From contig DASZPB010000073.1 in NCBI GenBank assembly GCA_035550475.1, positions 76,224 to 140,223 of the forward strand: 64,000 bases of DNA. The letters run 5' to 3'. Source of the DNA: Bryobacteraceae bacterium (GTDB lineage Bacteria > Acidobacteriota > Terriglobia > Bryobacterales > Bryobacteraceae). This document shows positions 15,755 through 24,997 of the stretch, in pieces. The notes under the pieces were generated by a model that was not told the origin of the DNA, ran no database searches, and saw only the letters and a list, made by a program, of their open reading frames with translations. The position numbers and the translations under genes were made by a program. Positions within the stretch are counted from its first letter, which is position 1, and every line of letters begins with the position of its first letter.

Positions 15755-16359
15755 GATTTCTTCGCCCCGAATGTAAACTGGTGCTCTGTTCCCTGGCGCA
15801 AGCGGGTGAGATTGCCGGCGTGTCGATAGATGATGAACGCGCCCGCGACCAGAGCCGCCACAAAAACCACGAGCGGCGGATGCAGAATCAGCCAAACGGC
15901 CAGCGGGAACGTTGCCGCGCCGACGATGGAGCCCATCGAGATGTGCCGTGTCCAGGCAACCACTACGACGAATACTATCAGGATCGCCACCAGCGCTAAT
16001 GGCGTGAGACACAGAAACGCTCCCACAAAACTGGCTACCGCCTTACCACCGCGGAAGCGCAGGAAGATCGGGTAAGCATGTCCGGCCATCACCGCCAGGG
16101 CGGCGGCACTCATCCACAGCGGGCTTTCGCCCGTGAGCCGTCCTGCCAGCCAGACGGCGAAGTAGCCTTTACCGATGTCGAGTAAGAGTGTCGCAATTCC
16201 GGCCGCGCGTCCGGTAGTGCGAAGCACATTGGTGGCGCCGATGTTCCCGCTGCCGGCGGCGCGCACGTCTCCTCCGGTTTTCCACTTGACCAGAACGTAT
16301 CCGAAAGGGATCGCGCCGGCGAAGTACGCGATCAGGAGGGCCAAGACCGGATTCATCAC
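15751..16359 (-). CDS. plsY: Glycerol-3-phosphate acyltransferase (acyl-phosphate dependent)
   Basis: 202-aa polytopic membrane protein with AGSGNIGATNVLRTTG, the PlsY signature. Adjacent to gpsA. The start is GTG 16359 or ATG 16356. Confidence 0.92.
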   Translation of the reverse strand: MMNPVLALLIAYFAGAIPFGYVLVKWKTGGDVRAAGSGNIGATNVLRTTGRAAGIATLLLDIGKGYFAVWLAGRLTGESPLWMSAAALAVMAGHAYPIFLRFRGGKAVASFVGAFLCLTPLALVAILIVFVVVVAWTRHISMGSIVGAATFPLAVWLILHPPLVVFVAALVAGAFIIYRHAGNLTRLRQGTEHQFTFGAKKS

Positions 16360-16904
16360 TTTGTGAACAGAAACTCCGCAAGTTTAGTGTACACGGAACT
16401 ATTCGAGCCGGGTGTGCTCTGATACAGAAAAAGCCCATTTGCTTCAAAGCTCCCGAAGTCGAGCGAATCCAGCGCGGCGATGGCTTCACGAAGGGGCTGT
16501 AGATTGGTCCGGCGCTTGATTCGCGCCAGAGTCAGGTGCGGCGAATAAGCGCGGGTTTCGGAGGCAATGCCGAGCGAGGCAGTGGCGCGGTCGGTGTCCG
16601 CGGCCAACTCCGCCAGACCGGGTGCTTCGATTCCGCACCAGAACATATGCGGGGCGTGCGGATTCGGAAAGAAGCCGACGCGGCGGACATGCACGCGAAT
16701 CGGCGGCCGGGGTGCCATTGCCGCCAGCGCGCTTCGCAATTCGTCCAGGCGCTCGCCCTGCCATTCACCAATAAACTTTGTGGTGATATGCAGGTTTTCA
16801 AGAGGAGTCCAGTGAATAGATGCCGCCGGCCGCAGGCGGTCGATCACCAGCTTCAGTTTTCCGCTGACGCCTTCGGGAAGGTCCAGGCCAGTAAACAATC
16901 GCAT
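16356..16904 (-). CDS. thpR: RNA 2',3'-cyclic phosphodiesterase (2H phosphoesterase, LigT/ThpR)
   Basis: 182 aa with two H-x-T/S-x motifs, HITTKFIG and HLTLARI, at typical spacing. Confidence 0.85.
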   Translation of the reverse strand: MRLFTGLDLPEGVSGKLKLVIDRLRPAASIHWTPLENLHITTKFIGEWQGERLDELRSALAAMAPRPPIRVHVRRVGFFPNPHAPHMFWCGIEAPGLAELAADTDRATASLGIASETRAYSPHLTLARIKRRTNLQPLREAIAALDSLDFGSFEANGLFLYQSTPGSNSSVYTKLAEFLFTK

Positions 16905-16962
16905 GGAGTCCTAACCATTCTGCGATGGATTCGCGAGCAGCGGCAATGCGAAGATAAAAGCC

Positions 16963-17613
16963 GTGCGGTTTGGGCGGATTCTCAATCGAAGCTTCTATGA
17001 ACGACGGACGATTCAGGTAGCGCGCGACCTGCTAGGCAAAGTGCTGGTGCACGGCGGCACGGCCGCGATGATCGTGGAAACCGAGGCCTATTTGGGCGGC
17101 GAGGATACGGCCTCGCACTCGGCCCGCGGCATTACCGACCGCACACGCGTGATCTTCGGCCCGCCGGGACATGCCTACGTGTACTTCATCTATGGAATGT
17201 ATGAGTGCCTCAACCTGGTGGCGGAACCGAATGGCAAACCAGGCTGCGTTCTGGTGCGCGCGGCCGAGCCGGTGGAGGGAATCGAGATCATGCAGCGCCG
17301 GCGGCCGGCGGCGCGCAAGCTGGAGGACCTGGCATCGGGACCGGGCAAGCTGACTTTAGCACTGGGAATCAGCCGTGCGCAAAACGGAGCTGATGTCACG
17401 CGCGGAGCGCTGGTGGTGAGAGAACCGGCGGTGCGACGGACCTTCGAAATCGATGTGACGCCGCGCATCGGTATCCGCGAATGCGCCGATTGGCCGCTGC
17501 GATACGTGATTCGCGGAAATCCATTTGTCAGCCGGGGAAAAATGGCATCGCCGGTTAAGCAGGTCGAGGATTCCGGCGGAAGCGCGGTAAGCGTGGAGCA
17601 ACCGCGTAGTTGA
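16963..17613 (+). CDS. mpg: DNA-3-methyladenine glycosylase (AAG/Mpg family)
   Basis: FYERRTIQVARDLLGKVLV, ETEAYLGGEDTASHS and FGPPGHAYVYFIYGMYECLNLV are characteristic of the Mpg family. Confidence 0.88.
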   Translation: MRFGRILNRSFYERRTIQVARDLLGKVLVHGGTAAMIVETEAYLGGEDTASHSARGITDRTRVIFGPPGHAYVYFIYGMYECLNLVAEPNGKPGCVLVRAAEPVEGIEIMQRRRPAARKLEDLASGPGKLTLALGISRAQNGADVTRGALVVREPAVRRTFEIDVTPRIGIRECADWPLRYVIRGNPFVSRGKMASPVKQVEDSGGSAVSVEQPRS

Positions 17614-18196
17614 GCTGCACGAGCACGATGAATGCGATGCTCCAGTAGGTATTGATGAACGAGAGCAGCGCGCCGAGTGCGTAGAGCCCCTGCGCGATCA
17701 GGATACGCCGCTTGATGGCGGAGGGAACTTCCGGCGGCAGCTCTGTCTTCACCAGGCCGGCGCCCATGGCACACACCCAGCTCAGATACAAGGCAACCCC
17801 GAGCAGCAGAATGTTCGCCCAGTAGACAAGCAGCGCTGTTCGATATCCGGTAAAGCCAGCGAGCAGCGAAGTCGAAAACGGTGTTACCGAGACTCCGAAC
17901 AGAAAGAAGATGTGAATCCAGGAGAGGCTGCGATCCGAGCGGGCCAGGTGATTGAGCTGAGTCTGCTGGCCGACCCAGAAAATGCCGAGGGTGATGAAGC
18001 TCATCATGTACATGACCAGCCGCGGGGCCAGCGGAGTAAGCGCGTGCCATAGACCCTGCTCACTATGAACCGCTTCCATGGCGGGCGCGCGGAGATCGAG
18101 CGCCAGCAAAGTCATGGCGACTGCGAAGATGCCATCGCTCAAGGCGGCCAGACGCTCCACGCTTTGCCCGGCAATGCGGTTGTAAGACGAAGTCAT
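17555..18196 (-). CDS. TMEM175/DUF1211 family potassium channel-like membrane protein
   Basis: N-terminal RLAALSDGIFAVAMTLLALDL (RxxxFSD-type motif) and six hydrophobic segments. The 3' end overlaps the convergent mpg gene by 59 nt. Confidence 0.7.
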   Translation of the reverse strand: MTSSYNRIAGQSVERLAALSDGIFAVAMTLLALDLRAPAMEAVHSEQGLWHALTPLAPRLVMYMMSFITLGIFWVGQQTQLNHLARSDRSLSWIHIFFLFGVSVTPFSTSLLAGFTGYRTALLVYWANILLLGVALYLSWVCAMGAGLVKTELPPEVPSAIKRRILIAQGLYALGALLSFINTYWSIAFIVLVQLNYAVAPRLPRFRRNPRPA

Positions 18197-18296
18197 GTCT
18201 AGTAAGCGTACCGGGCGGGCCTCGCCATTTCAAATTGGCCTGGCTGGGCAGAACATCCGCCTGGCGTCTTGCCTTACCACCAGGCGGATGGGAGCC

Positions 18297-20429
18297 TCAC
18301 TGATTCGGCAGACTATCGTTCGCGGGTTCGTAGGTGCTGGTGTTCAGGTATTCGTAGTCATTCCAGCCCGTGGATTCGTGGGCTGCTGAGGTGTTGGTGA
18401 TCTCCATACGAAGCGCGTCATACATCACGCCCTGATCGCGATTCACGGAGAGATTGACAATATTGTCCGCGCCGGCGGCGTTCAGGTCGCTGGTAGGCCA
18501 CTGGAAGACCACCCATTGATAAGTGCCGGCAAGGCCGCTGCGCACCTGCGCGTCCGCGTTCTTCAGGCCGAAACCGTGCCAGATCAGGGTGTGGCCATTC
18601 AATGAGACGATCATACTGGCTTCCGTAGCGGCGAGCCCGACCGACATGACCACGTACTGGCCCTGTGCCTGCTGCGCGGTTGTAGTGGTGAAGTGAACCT
18701 GCCAATCCGGCACGTTGGTGGTCGTGCAGTCGCCTACGTAACTTGGACAGATGTACTTGTAACCATCGGTCGTGTCGTCGGCAGGGTTGTAGATGCCGGC
18801 ATAAAGCCCGGGATGGAAACGATGCCACTGCACGTAGTTCCACTTGCTGAGGTCGTTCGTTGCCGGCGTGGATCCGACGGGCGTCGCATAGTAGATGACA
18901 GCCCCCTGGGTAGAAGCGAAATCCGCCCAATAATTCCAGTTACCCCAGTACTCGCGGTCGTCATGGCTGGGGCCGTTCAACGCGAGGATTGGATTGAAGA
19001 ACTGGTGGTCGGTATCATCGACGTTAGTCTGACCGTGGAGGAACTCGTGCGCGGAACGGTCCGGCGTGCCAATGGTCCAGATGGGCGGAGCAGAGCCGAA
19101 GTTTTCAGGAGTGAACTGGAGGGGAAGAACCGTGGGCTGGTGCGCGGCGACGGTAACGCCGTCACGGCGCAGTTCTCCCCACTGTCCCAACACATAGGTG
19201 GATAAGCGATAAGTACCGGGAGCTACGCCCAGAAAACTGGCAAGACCGAGGGGGCCGTTATCGACCCAATACTGCCGGCCCACATCCGAATACTGGAAAT
19301 TTTTCTGGCTGTCGCTCAGCACGGTCCAGGAAGTAAGCGGCTTCAACGTGCCGGCGCCCCGGATGAGAGACTCCACAACTCCGCGAGAGGTGGATGGTAC
19401 ATAGCCATTCTGCAGCAGGACAGACTCATGGTCATAGAAAGCATTGACGAAACGGGCGGAGTTGACTGCATCCCAATAAAGCGAGGCGGGTGTACGGTGA
19501 AGCAGGTCGAACGTGTTGATGTGGAAATAAAAAGGACCGTACATGCGGTTCAGCGTAGTGCCGGCGGCTACTGGGAAGGGCAATCCGTTATCCAGGTGGT
19601 TAGACTGGCATTCCATGATGATGATGTTATTCGTGAAGATCAGATCCTGCTTGGTAGGGCCGCCAACCAGCGACTCCTTACTGGGCAGCACAGCCCATGC
19701 GCCAAACGTGCTTCCATAAACGCCATGCGCCTGGTGCAGGTACTCATAACTGGAATAATCGTATTTGGTATAGAACTCCCGGCGAAATCCCTGGGGCAGC
19801 GTCAGGCCGTGTAAGTCCACCGTTGCATCCTGCACTTGCCGGCCTGGGTCTCTGGTGCCTGTAACGCTGGGATCGGGCTGTGGAACGGCGGTTGCGCCAA
19901 GATTGTTCAGGCCGCTGTTTACGGAATAGGTATTGGTGAACAGCGCCAGATTGATCCGGAATACAAACTGAATCTGGCCGATGCTTCCCGCAATATCTGA
20001 AGGCCCATGATTGACGACGAAATAGACATGAATGCCGGAGTCATTGCCTGTCAGAATGAAGTGTTGCGAATAAGTGAACGGGTTCTTGGAATTGGATGCC
20101 GTGGTGATCCACCAATCCACATATCGGTTCCCGTCCTGCTGGAACGAAGCGGTAGTGGTACCGCTGCCGAGGCCCGTATTGTCCATATACAGGCCTTTCG
20201 GCTGGCCGCCGGATGTGTTGGTCACGTCGATCAAATCATCGGGATGACCGGCCAGGTGCATGCTGAAGATATGACCGCTTAAGGAATTCCAGTCTACCGA
20301 GATGACTCCGTTGCTGATTTTCCAATCTGTAACGGTTGTTGTATCGACTGTAATGGCTGCGCTTGCGATATCTGCAACTGTGAACACAAGTAATGCCAGG
20401 AAGATACTGCGGAGGTACCCTTTTCCCAT
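18297..20429 (-). CDS. Secreted polysaccharide lyase, probably PL4 rhamnogalacturonan lyase-like
   Basis: ORF trimmed to ATG 20429 (AAGGAGAAAC upstream). Signal peptide MGKGYLRSIFLALLVFTVADIASA. GTYRLSTYVLGQWGEL, WTIGTPDRSAHEF and REYWGNWNYW resemble motifs I remember from PL4 rhamnogalacturonan lyases. Not verified. Confidence 0.55.
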   Translation of the reverse strand: MGKGYLRSIFLALLVFTVADIASAAITVDTTTVTDWKISNGVISVDWNSLSGHIFSMHLAGHPDDLIDVTNTSGGQPKGLYMDNTGLGSGTTTASFQQDGNRYVDWWITTASNSKNPFTYSQHFILTGNDSGIHVYFVVNHGPSDIAGSIGQIQFVFRINLALFTNTYSVNSGLNNLGATAVPQPDPSVTGTRDPGRQVQDATVDLHGLTLPQGFRREFYTKYDYSSYEYLHQAHGVYGSTFGAWAVLPSKESLVGGPTKQDLIFTNNIIIMECQSNHLDNGLPFPVAAGTTLNRMYGPFYFHINTFDLLHRTPASLYWDAVNSARFVNAFYDHESVLLQNGYVPSTSRGVVESLIRGAGTLKPLTSWTVLSDSQKNFQYSDVGRQYWVDNGPLGLASFLGVAPGTYRLSTYVLGQWGELRRDGVTVAAHQPTVLPLQFTPENFGSAPPIWTIGTPDRSAHEFLHGQTNVDDTDHQFFNPILALNGPSHDDREYWGNWNYWADFASTQGAVIYYATPVGSTPATNDLSKWNYVQWHRFHPGLYAGIYNPADDTTDGYKYICPSYVGDCTTTNVPDWQVHFTTTTAQQAQGQYVVMSVGLAATEASMIVSLNGHTLIWHGFGLKNADAQVRSGLAGTYQWVVFQWPTSDLNAAGADNIVNLSVNRDQGVMYDALRMEITNTSAAHESTGWNDYEYLNTSTYEPANDSLPNQ

Positions 20430-20690
20430 GGAACCCGTTTCTCCTTGTGGGCTGAGCTGACGGCCCGCTGCCTGCGGGCAAATCCCCGTCAATTGTATTT
20501 CAAGTATGCCTCAATTCCTGTTCGTAAAGTGACAACTATCGTAGAAAATTTGTAAAGAGGTAGTCACTTAGTTCCCGGATCATTACTGAAGACGCTGTTG
20601 ATTGCTCCTGATCAGGTCGTTAGACCGGCAGGCGCTGGCGTGGAGTAGAGTGATGTCATGGCACCATTTCGAGCAGGAGACCTTTCATAA

Positions 20691-21164
20691 ATGTTCCTTT
20701 GGCTTTTTGTCTTTCTCGGGCAACTCTGCCTGGCTCTCTGGTTGGGCGGGCTTGCGGTGATTGATCTGGTTGAAACCCCGATCCGCTTTCGGGCGAAGGA
20801 AATCACGCGCCAACAGGCCGTTGCTATTGGGACCCGCGTGTTCGCTGAATTCAACCGCATCGAGGTGATCCTGGGCGCGTTGTTAGTCTGCGCGTGGGCG
20901 ATCCTGCTGCTGCATGCGCCGGACGGCTACATGCGGGCCGGTTTACTGGCAGGCGCTGGGATGTGGCTCACCGCCATGACGCAGGCGTTTTACCTACGGC
21001 CGCGCATTTCCGCGCGCCGGCGGTTGCTCAATACTGGCGGGAACGGCGTCGAATCTCAGCGAGTGGAACTGCAAAGATTTCATCGGGCCTATGTGACGCT
21101 CGACTACTGCAAGATGGTGCTCGGCATCGCCGGTATCGGCTTATGGGCGGCACTGGCGTCCTGA
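20691..21164 (+). CDS. Small membrane protein (DUF4149-like, 4 TM)
   Basis: 157 aa with four hydrophobic segments. The N-terminus LCLALWLGGLAVIDLVETPIRF resembles DUF4149. Weak family call. Confidence 0.5.
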   Translation: MFLWLFVFLGQLCLALWLGGLAVIDLVETPIRFRAKEITRQQAVAIGTRVFAEFNRIEVILGALLVCAWAILLLHAPDGYMRAGLLAGAGMWLTAMTQAFYLRPRISARRRLLNTGGNGVESQRVELQRFHRAYVTLDYCKMVLGIAGIGLWAALAS

Positions 21165-21257
21165 GCCGACTGTACTTGAAGCCACAACGGACTCAGGGCA
21201 TTCGCGTTCCTATTCTTATAATGGAAATGATTACTTCCGCAGTTCTAAGGTGACCGG

Positions 21258-21911
21258 ATGCTCGAAGGAGAGTTGTTTGCCTTCCTGGAGAGGACAGCGG
21301 ACGCTGCTTTCGCAGTCACCGACAGCGGCGAGATCCGTTTTTGGAATAAGGCCGCTGAAAAGCTGTTTGGATATTCCGCGGCCGAGGTTCTGAACCGGAG
21401 CTGCCGGGAGATTCTGGATGGCCGCGGCACGCTTGGTACGCCCGCGTGCAGCGGTGACCGCAGTGTGCAGCACTGCGCAGCGCAGAACTGTGTCATTCCG
21501 GATTTCGATCTCGAAGTGAAGACCAAGTCGGGGGAACGGCTCTGGGTCAATGTATCGACCGTGCTCTTTGAAGACACCCGACGGACGCGTCAATTGGTGG
21601 TCCATATGGCGCGCGATATTTCGCGGCGCAAGAAGAACGAAGAGCTGCTATCGAGTATCCTGGATTTCTCGCGTCAGTTGGCATCTGCCGCGGGCCGCAC
21701 GAATGGAACGGTGCCAGTCTCTCCCCTCTCGGAACAGGAGCGGCGAGTCCTGCGCCTGTTCGCCAATGCCAGAAACTCGGCGGAAATTGCCCGCGAGCTG
21801 GGAATTACCTTGCCGACGCTACGCAATCATCTGCACAGCATCAATGAAAAGCTACACACACACAATCGCTTGGAAGCCGTGATGCACGCGTTAAAGCGCG
21901 GGCTAATCTGA
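21258..21911 (+). CDS. PAS domain - LuxR-type HTH transcriptional regulator
   Basis: N-terminal PAS-like segment (DAAFAVTDSGEIRFWNKAAEKLFGYSAAEVLNRSC...GERLWVNVS). C-terminal LuxR HTH LSEQERRVLRLFANARNSAEIARELGITLPTLRNHLHSINEKL. Confidence 0.8.
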   Translation: MLEGELFAFLERTADAAFAVTDSGEIRFWNKAAEKLFGYSAAEVLNRSCREILDGRGTLGTPACSGDRSVQHCAAQNCVIPDFDLEVKTKSGERLWVNVSTVLFEDTRRTRQLVVHMARDISRRKKNEELLSSILDFSRQLASAAGRTNGTVPVSPLSEQERRVLRLFANARNSAEIARELGITLPTLRNHLHSINEKLHTHNRLEAVMHALKRGLI

Positions 21912-22133
21912 AAATAGTGCCTGTTTGAGAACGCGAAACATCCGCCCGTTCTGCGCGCCTGCCCAGTTTCTGTTTTCAATCTCACAATGACAGACGAAAA
22001 AGATCGACCTCGAGTCGTCACAGGGATTCAGAAAACCTAAATGGATAGCCGCAATGGCGTGACGCTTGTTTCGCTCTCTGTGACGAACGATCTATTGTCA
22101 GCATGGCGGCGCTTCTCTCAATGATGATAGGGT

Positions 22134-23522
22134 ATGACCGCGGTTGAGCGGCTGGCGGAATTCGCGGTGAAGGTTCCGTTCGAGGAACTTTCCACGGGCG
22201 TTCGCGAGCAACTCAAGATCCGTGTGCTGGACAGTCTCGGCTGCGCGATTGGGGGATTGAGCGGCCGCCCGCTAAGACTGATCCATTCCTACAGGAGCGA
22301 GCGCCAGGGGCACGGCCGGTGCACTCTGGTGGCGGGTGGCTGCGCTGAAGTGGAGCGTGCGGCCTTTTACAATGGAGCCCTCGCCCGCTATCTCGATTTC
22401 AATGACAGCTATGTTGCGAAAGGCGAAACGTGCCACCCCAGCGACAACCTGGCGCCGCTTCTGGCGGCAGCGGAAACCGCCGGCAAAGATGGCCGCGACC
22501 TCTTGACCGCAATGGCCGTCGCCTATCAGGTGCAGTGCCGCTTGAGCGATGTAGCACCGGTTCGCGCCGCGGGTTTCGATCATACGGTGCAGGGCTCTTA
22601 TGCGGTAGCGGCGGGGATCGCCCGCGTGCTCGGTTTCGACGTGAGGGTGGCGGCGAACGCGCTAGCTCTGTGCGGCACTGCTCTGAATGCGTTGCGGGTA
22701 TCGCGCACCGGTAGACGTTCGGAGTGGCAGGCCTTGGCGTATCCGTTCATGGCATCTTGCGCGATTCGCCTGGCGTTTCTCGCGCACGCTGGAATCAGCG
22801 GGCCGGCCGAAGTGATCGAAGGCGAAAAAGGACTGATGGACGCCATCACGGGCGTCTTTGAAATTGATTGGCCGCGCGAAGAGTTAGACCGGGTACCACA
22901 CACCATCTTGAAGAAGTACAACTCCGGCATCCATGCGCAAACGGCCATTGAGGCTGCGCTGGAGTTGAAACGCCGCCATCGCTTCACGCCCGATGAGATC
23001 GAGCGCGTCGAAGTCGAGATTTTTGAGGTGGCCTACCACACCGCCGGCGGAGGCGAGGATGGCGATCGCACTGACGGGATCGATACAAGAGAACAGGCCG
23101 TCGAAAGTCTGCCCTACCTGGTTGCCGTCGCGATCCTTGATGGTCAGGTGATGCCGGAGCAGTACCAGCTCGAACGGATACGGCGCACCGACGTGCAGCA
23201 GATGCTGCGCCGCGTTTCGATTCGCCCGAATTCGGCTTATTCCGAACGCTTCCCTAAAGAAATGCCGTGCCGCGTGCAGGTGGTGTTGCGGGACGGTCAC
23301 GTGTTGGCCAAGGAAGCCTGGGAGTATTTGGGTTTCGTCAGCCAACCGATGTCCTGGGAGAGTTGCTTTCAAAAGTTCGAGCAGCTTGCCGGACCGTACA
23401 CGACGCCGCCGCAGCGGCGCGAAATCGCCGACCGCATCAGCCATCTGGAAGACACAGCAGTTCAGGGTTTGATGCGTTTGCTGGGCGAAGTACGGGCGCC
23501 TGAAGAACTGAACCCGCTATGA
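22134..23522 (+). CDS. MmgE/PrpD family protein (2-methylcitrate dehydratase-like)
   Basis: 462 aa. The N-terminal LAEFAVKVPFEELSTGVREQLKIRVLDSLGCAIGG pattern and overall length are typical of the MmgE/PrpD fold. Substrate not inferable. Confidence 0.8.
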   Translation: MTAVERLAEFAVKVPFEELSTGVREQLKIRVLDSLGCAIGGLSGRPLRLIHSYRSERQGHGRCTLVAGGCAEVERAAFYNGALARYLDFNDSYVAKGETCHPSDNLAPLLAAAETAGKDGRDLLTAMAVAYQVQCRLSDVAPVRAAGFDHTVQGSYAVAAGIARVLGFDVRVAANALALCGTALNALRVSRTGRRSEWQALAYPFMASCAIRLAFLAHAGISGPAEVIEGEKGLMDAITGVFEIDWPREELDRVPHTILKKYNSGIHAQTAIEAALELKRRHRFTPDEIERVEVEIFEVAYHTAGGGEDGDRTDGIDTREQAVESLPYLVAVAILDGQVMPEQYQLERIRRTDVQQMLRRVSIRPNSAYSERFPKEMPCRVQVVLRDGHVLAKEAWEYLGFVSQPMSWESCFQKFEQLAGPYTTPPQRREIADRISHLEDTAVQGLMRLLGEVRAPEELNPL

Positions 23523-23558
23523 GACCGACATCGACACAACTCGAAAGGAGTCTGATTC

Positions 23559-23963
23559 ATGCCTGAGCCGGAAATGCCTCATCGGGGTGCGGCGCGAATG
23601 CCGGAACCCACCGAAGGCCCCTCACTGGCCTTCGATCTAGACGCACAAATCGAGCAGTTGCGGCGCGAGAGTTACTGGCAGAGCGGCCGCAACTCCAAAA
23701 CAATCGTGAAATTCGCGGACTTCCGCATCGTGCTCATGGCTCTGAGGAAGGGCACGCATATTCTGGAGCACCGGGCGCAGGGCCGCATTTCGGTGTACAC
23801 CATCACGGGCCACGTGCGCGTAGGCGCTTCCGGTCAAGTGGTTGACTTGCCGAAGGGACATCTGTTGGCGCTCGACCGTTGTATGCCGCATGACCTCGAA
23901 GCCTTGGAAGACAGCGCCTGCCTGCTGACGCTCGCCTGGCCCGAAGAGGAGCAGGCACGCTGA
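23559..23963 (+). CDS. Cupin domain protein
   Basis: 134 aa. The beta-rich core HILEHRAQGRISVYTITGHVRVGASGQVVDLPKGHLLALDRCMPHDLEALEDS fits a small monocupin. The stop TGA (23961-23963) overlaps the nuoA ATG (23963-23965). Confidence 0.65.
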   Translation: MPEPEMPHRGAARMPEPTEGPSLAFDLDAQIEQLRRESYWQSGRNSKTIVKFADFRIVLMALRKGTHILEHRAQGRISVYTITGHVRVGASGQVVDLPKGHLLALDRCMPHDLEALEDSACLLTLAWPEEEQAR

Positions 23964-24331
23964 TGCCGATTTGGCCTCTCGGTGTCTATTTCGTGCTGGT
24001 GCTGCTGCTGGTTGCTGCCATCTTGACCATTTCTTATCTGCTCGGGCAGCGGCACAACGAACACGCCACCGGCGAGCCATACGAAGCGGGCATCGTTTCG
24101 GAGGGTTCGGCGCGCGTGCGGTTCTCCATTAAGTTCTACTTGATCGCGATGTTCTTCGTAGTCTTCGATCTGGAAGCCGTGTTTCTGTTCGCCTGGGCCG
24201 TAGCGGCGCGGCAGGCGGGATGGAGCGGGTTCTGGGAAATTGTGATGTTCATCGGTGTGCTCGTCGCGGCGCTGATTTATCTATGGCGATTGGGCGCCCT
24301 CGACTGGGCGCGGCTGCGGAAGCTGGATTGA
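23963..24331 (+). CDS. nuoA: NADH-quinone oxidoreductase subunit A
   Basis: 122 aa, 3 TM. YEAGI...RFSIKFYLIAMFFVVFDLEAVFLFAWA is the ND3/NuoA signature. Confidence 0.93.
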   Translation: MPIWPLGVYFVLVLLLVAAILTISYLLGQRHNEHATGEPYEAGIVSEGSARVRFSIKFYLIAMFFVVFDLEAVFLFAWAVAARQAGWSGFWEIVMFIGVLVAALIYLWRLGALDWARLRKLD

Positions 24332-24355
24332 GAAAAACCGAATGAGGAACACGGC

Positions 24356-24997
24356 ATGAATGTCACCATCACGCGACCACCGGTTTCGCCCTACGCGGCG
24401 GCCGTGGAAGACGCATCGACGCACGAAGCGATGCGGCGCACAGTGATCCTGTCGCGACTGCAGGACCTGTTGGCATGGGGCCGCAAGAACTCCATCTGGC
24501 CGTTCAATTTCGGCTTGTCCTGCTGCTACGTCGAGATGGCGACCAGTATCACCAGTAAGTTTGACTTGGCGCGATTCGGCGCGGAAGTGATTCGAGGCAC
24601 GCCGCGCGAAGCCGACCTGATGGTGATCGCGGGGACCGTTTTTATCAAGATGGCGCCCGTGATTCAGCGCCTGTATGAGCAGATGATGGAGCCACGCTGG
24701 GTGATTTCGATGGGCTCGTGCGCGAATTCCGGCGGCATGTACGACATCTACAGCGTCGTACAGGGCGTCGACAAATTTCTTCCCGTGGATGTGTATGTGC
24801 CTGGGTGCCCGCCGCGTCCGGACGCGTTTCTGGAAGGGCTGACGCTGCTGCGCGAAGTGGTAGGCTCCGAGCGGCGTCCGCTCAGTTGGGTTGTGGGTCC
24901 ACAAGGCGTGGAGCGGCCGGCGGTTCTTTCCATGCGTGACCGTAAGCGGCAGCAGCGGCAACAGGCCACGGATTTGCGGACGATTGACCAGGTTTGA
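24356..24997 (+). CDS. nuoB: NADH-quinone oxidoreductase subunit B
   Basis: [28 protein letters not shown] and VPGCPPRP provide the conserved N2 cluster cysteines. GAGGAA lies 6 nt upstream. Confidence 0.95.
   Translation: MNVTITRPPVSPYAAAVEDASTHEAMRRTVILSRLQDLLAWGRKNSIWPFNFGLSCCYVEMATSITSKFDLARFGAEVIRGTPREADLMVIAGTVFIKMAPVIQRLYEQMMEPRWVISMGSCANSGGMYDIYSVVQGVDKFLPVDVYVPGCPPRPDAFLEGLTLLREVVGSERRPLSWVVGPQGVERPAVLSMRDRKRQQRQQATDLRTIDQV

Noticed and set aside
14756-16012. N-terminal extensions of the longest ORFs: gpsA 418 aa, nuoG 955 aa, nuoM 525 aa, nuoN 606 aa, nuoE 223 aa, aroK 223 aa, nrdR 262 aa, the lyase 731 aa and the HAD hydrolase 259 aa.
   Set aside because: The extensions run into the upstream gene in another frame and are Arg/Gly-rich nonsense. 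In every case a start codon sits at or next to the upstream stop and gives the family-typical N-terminus.
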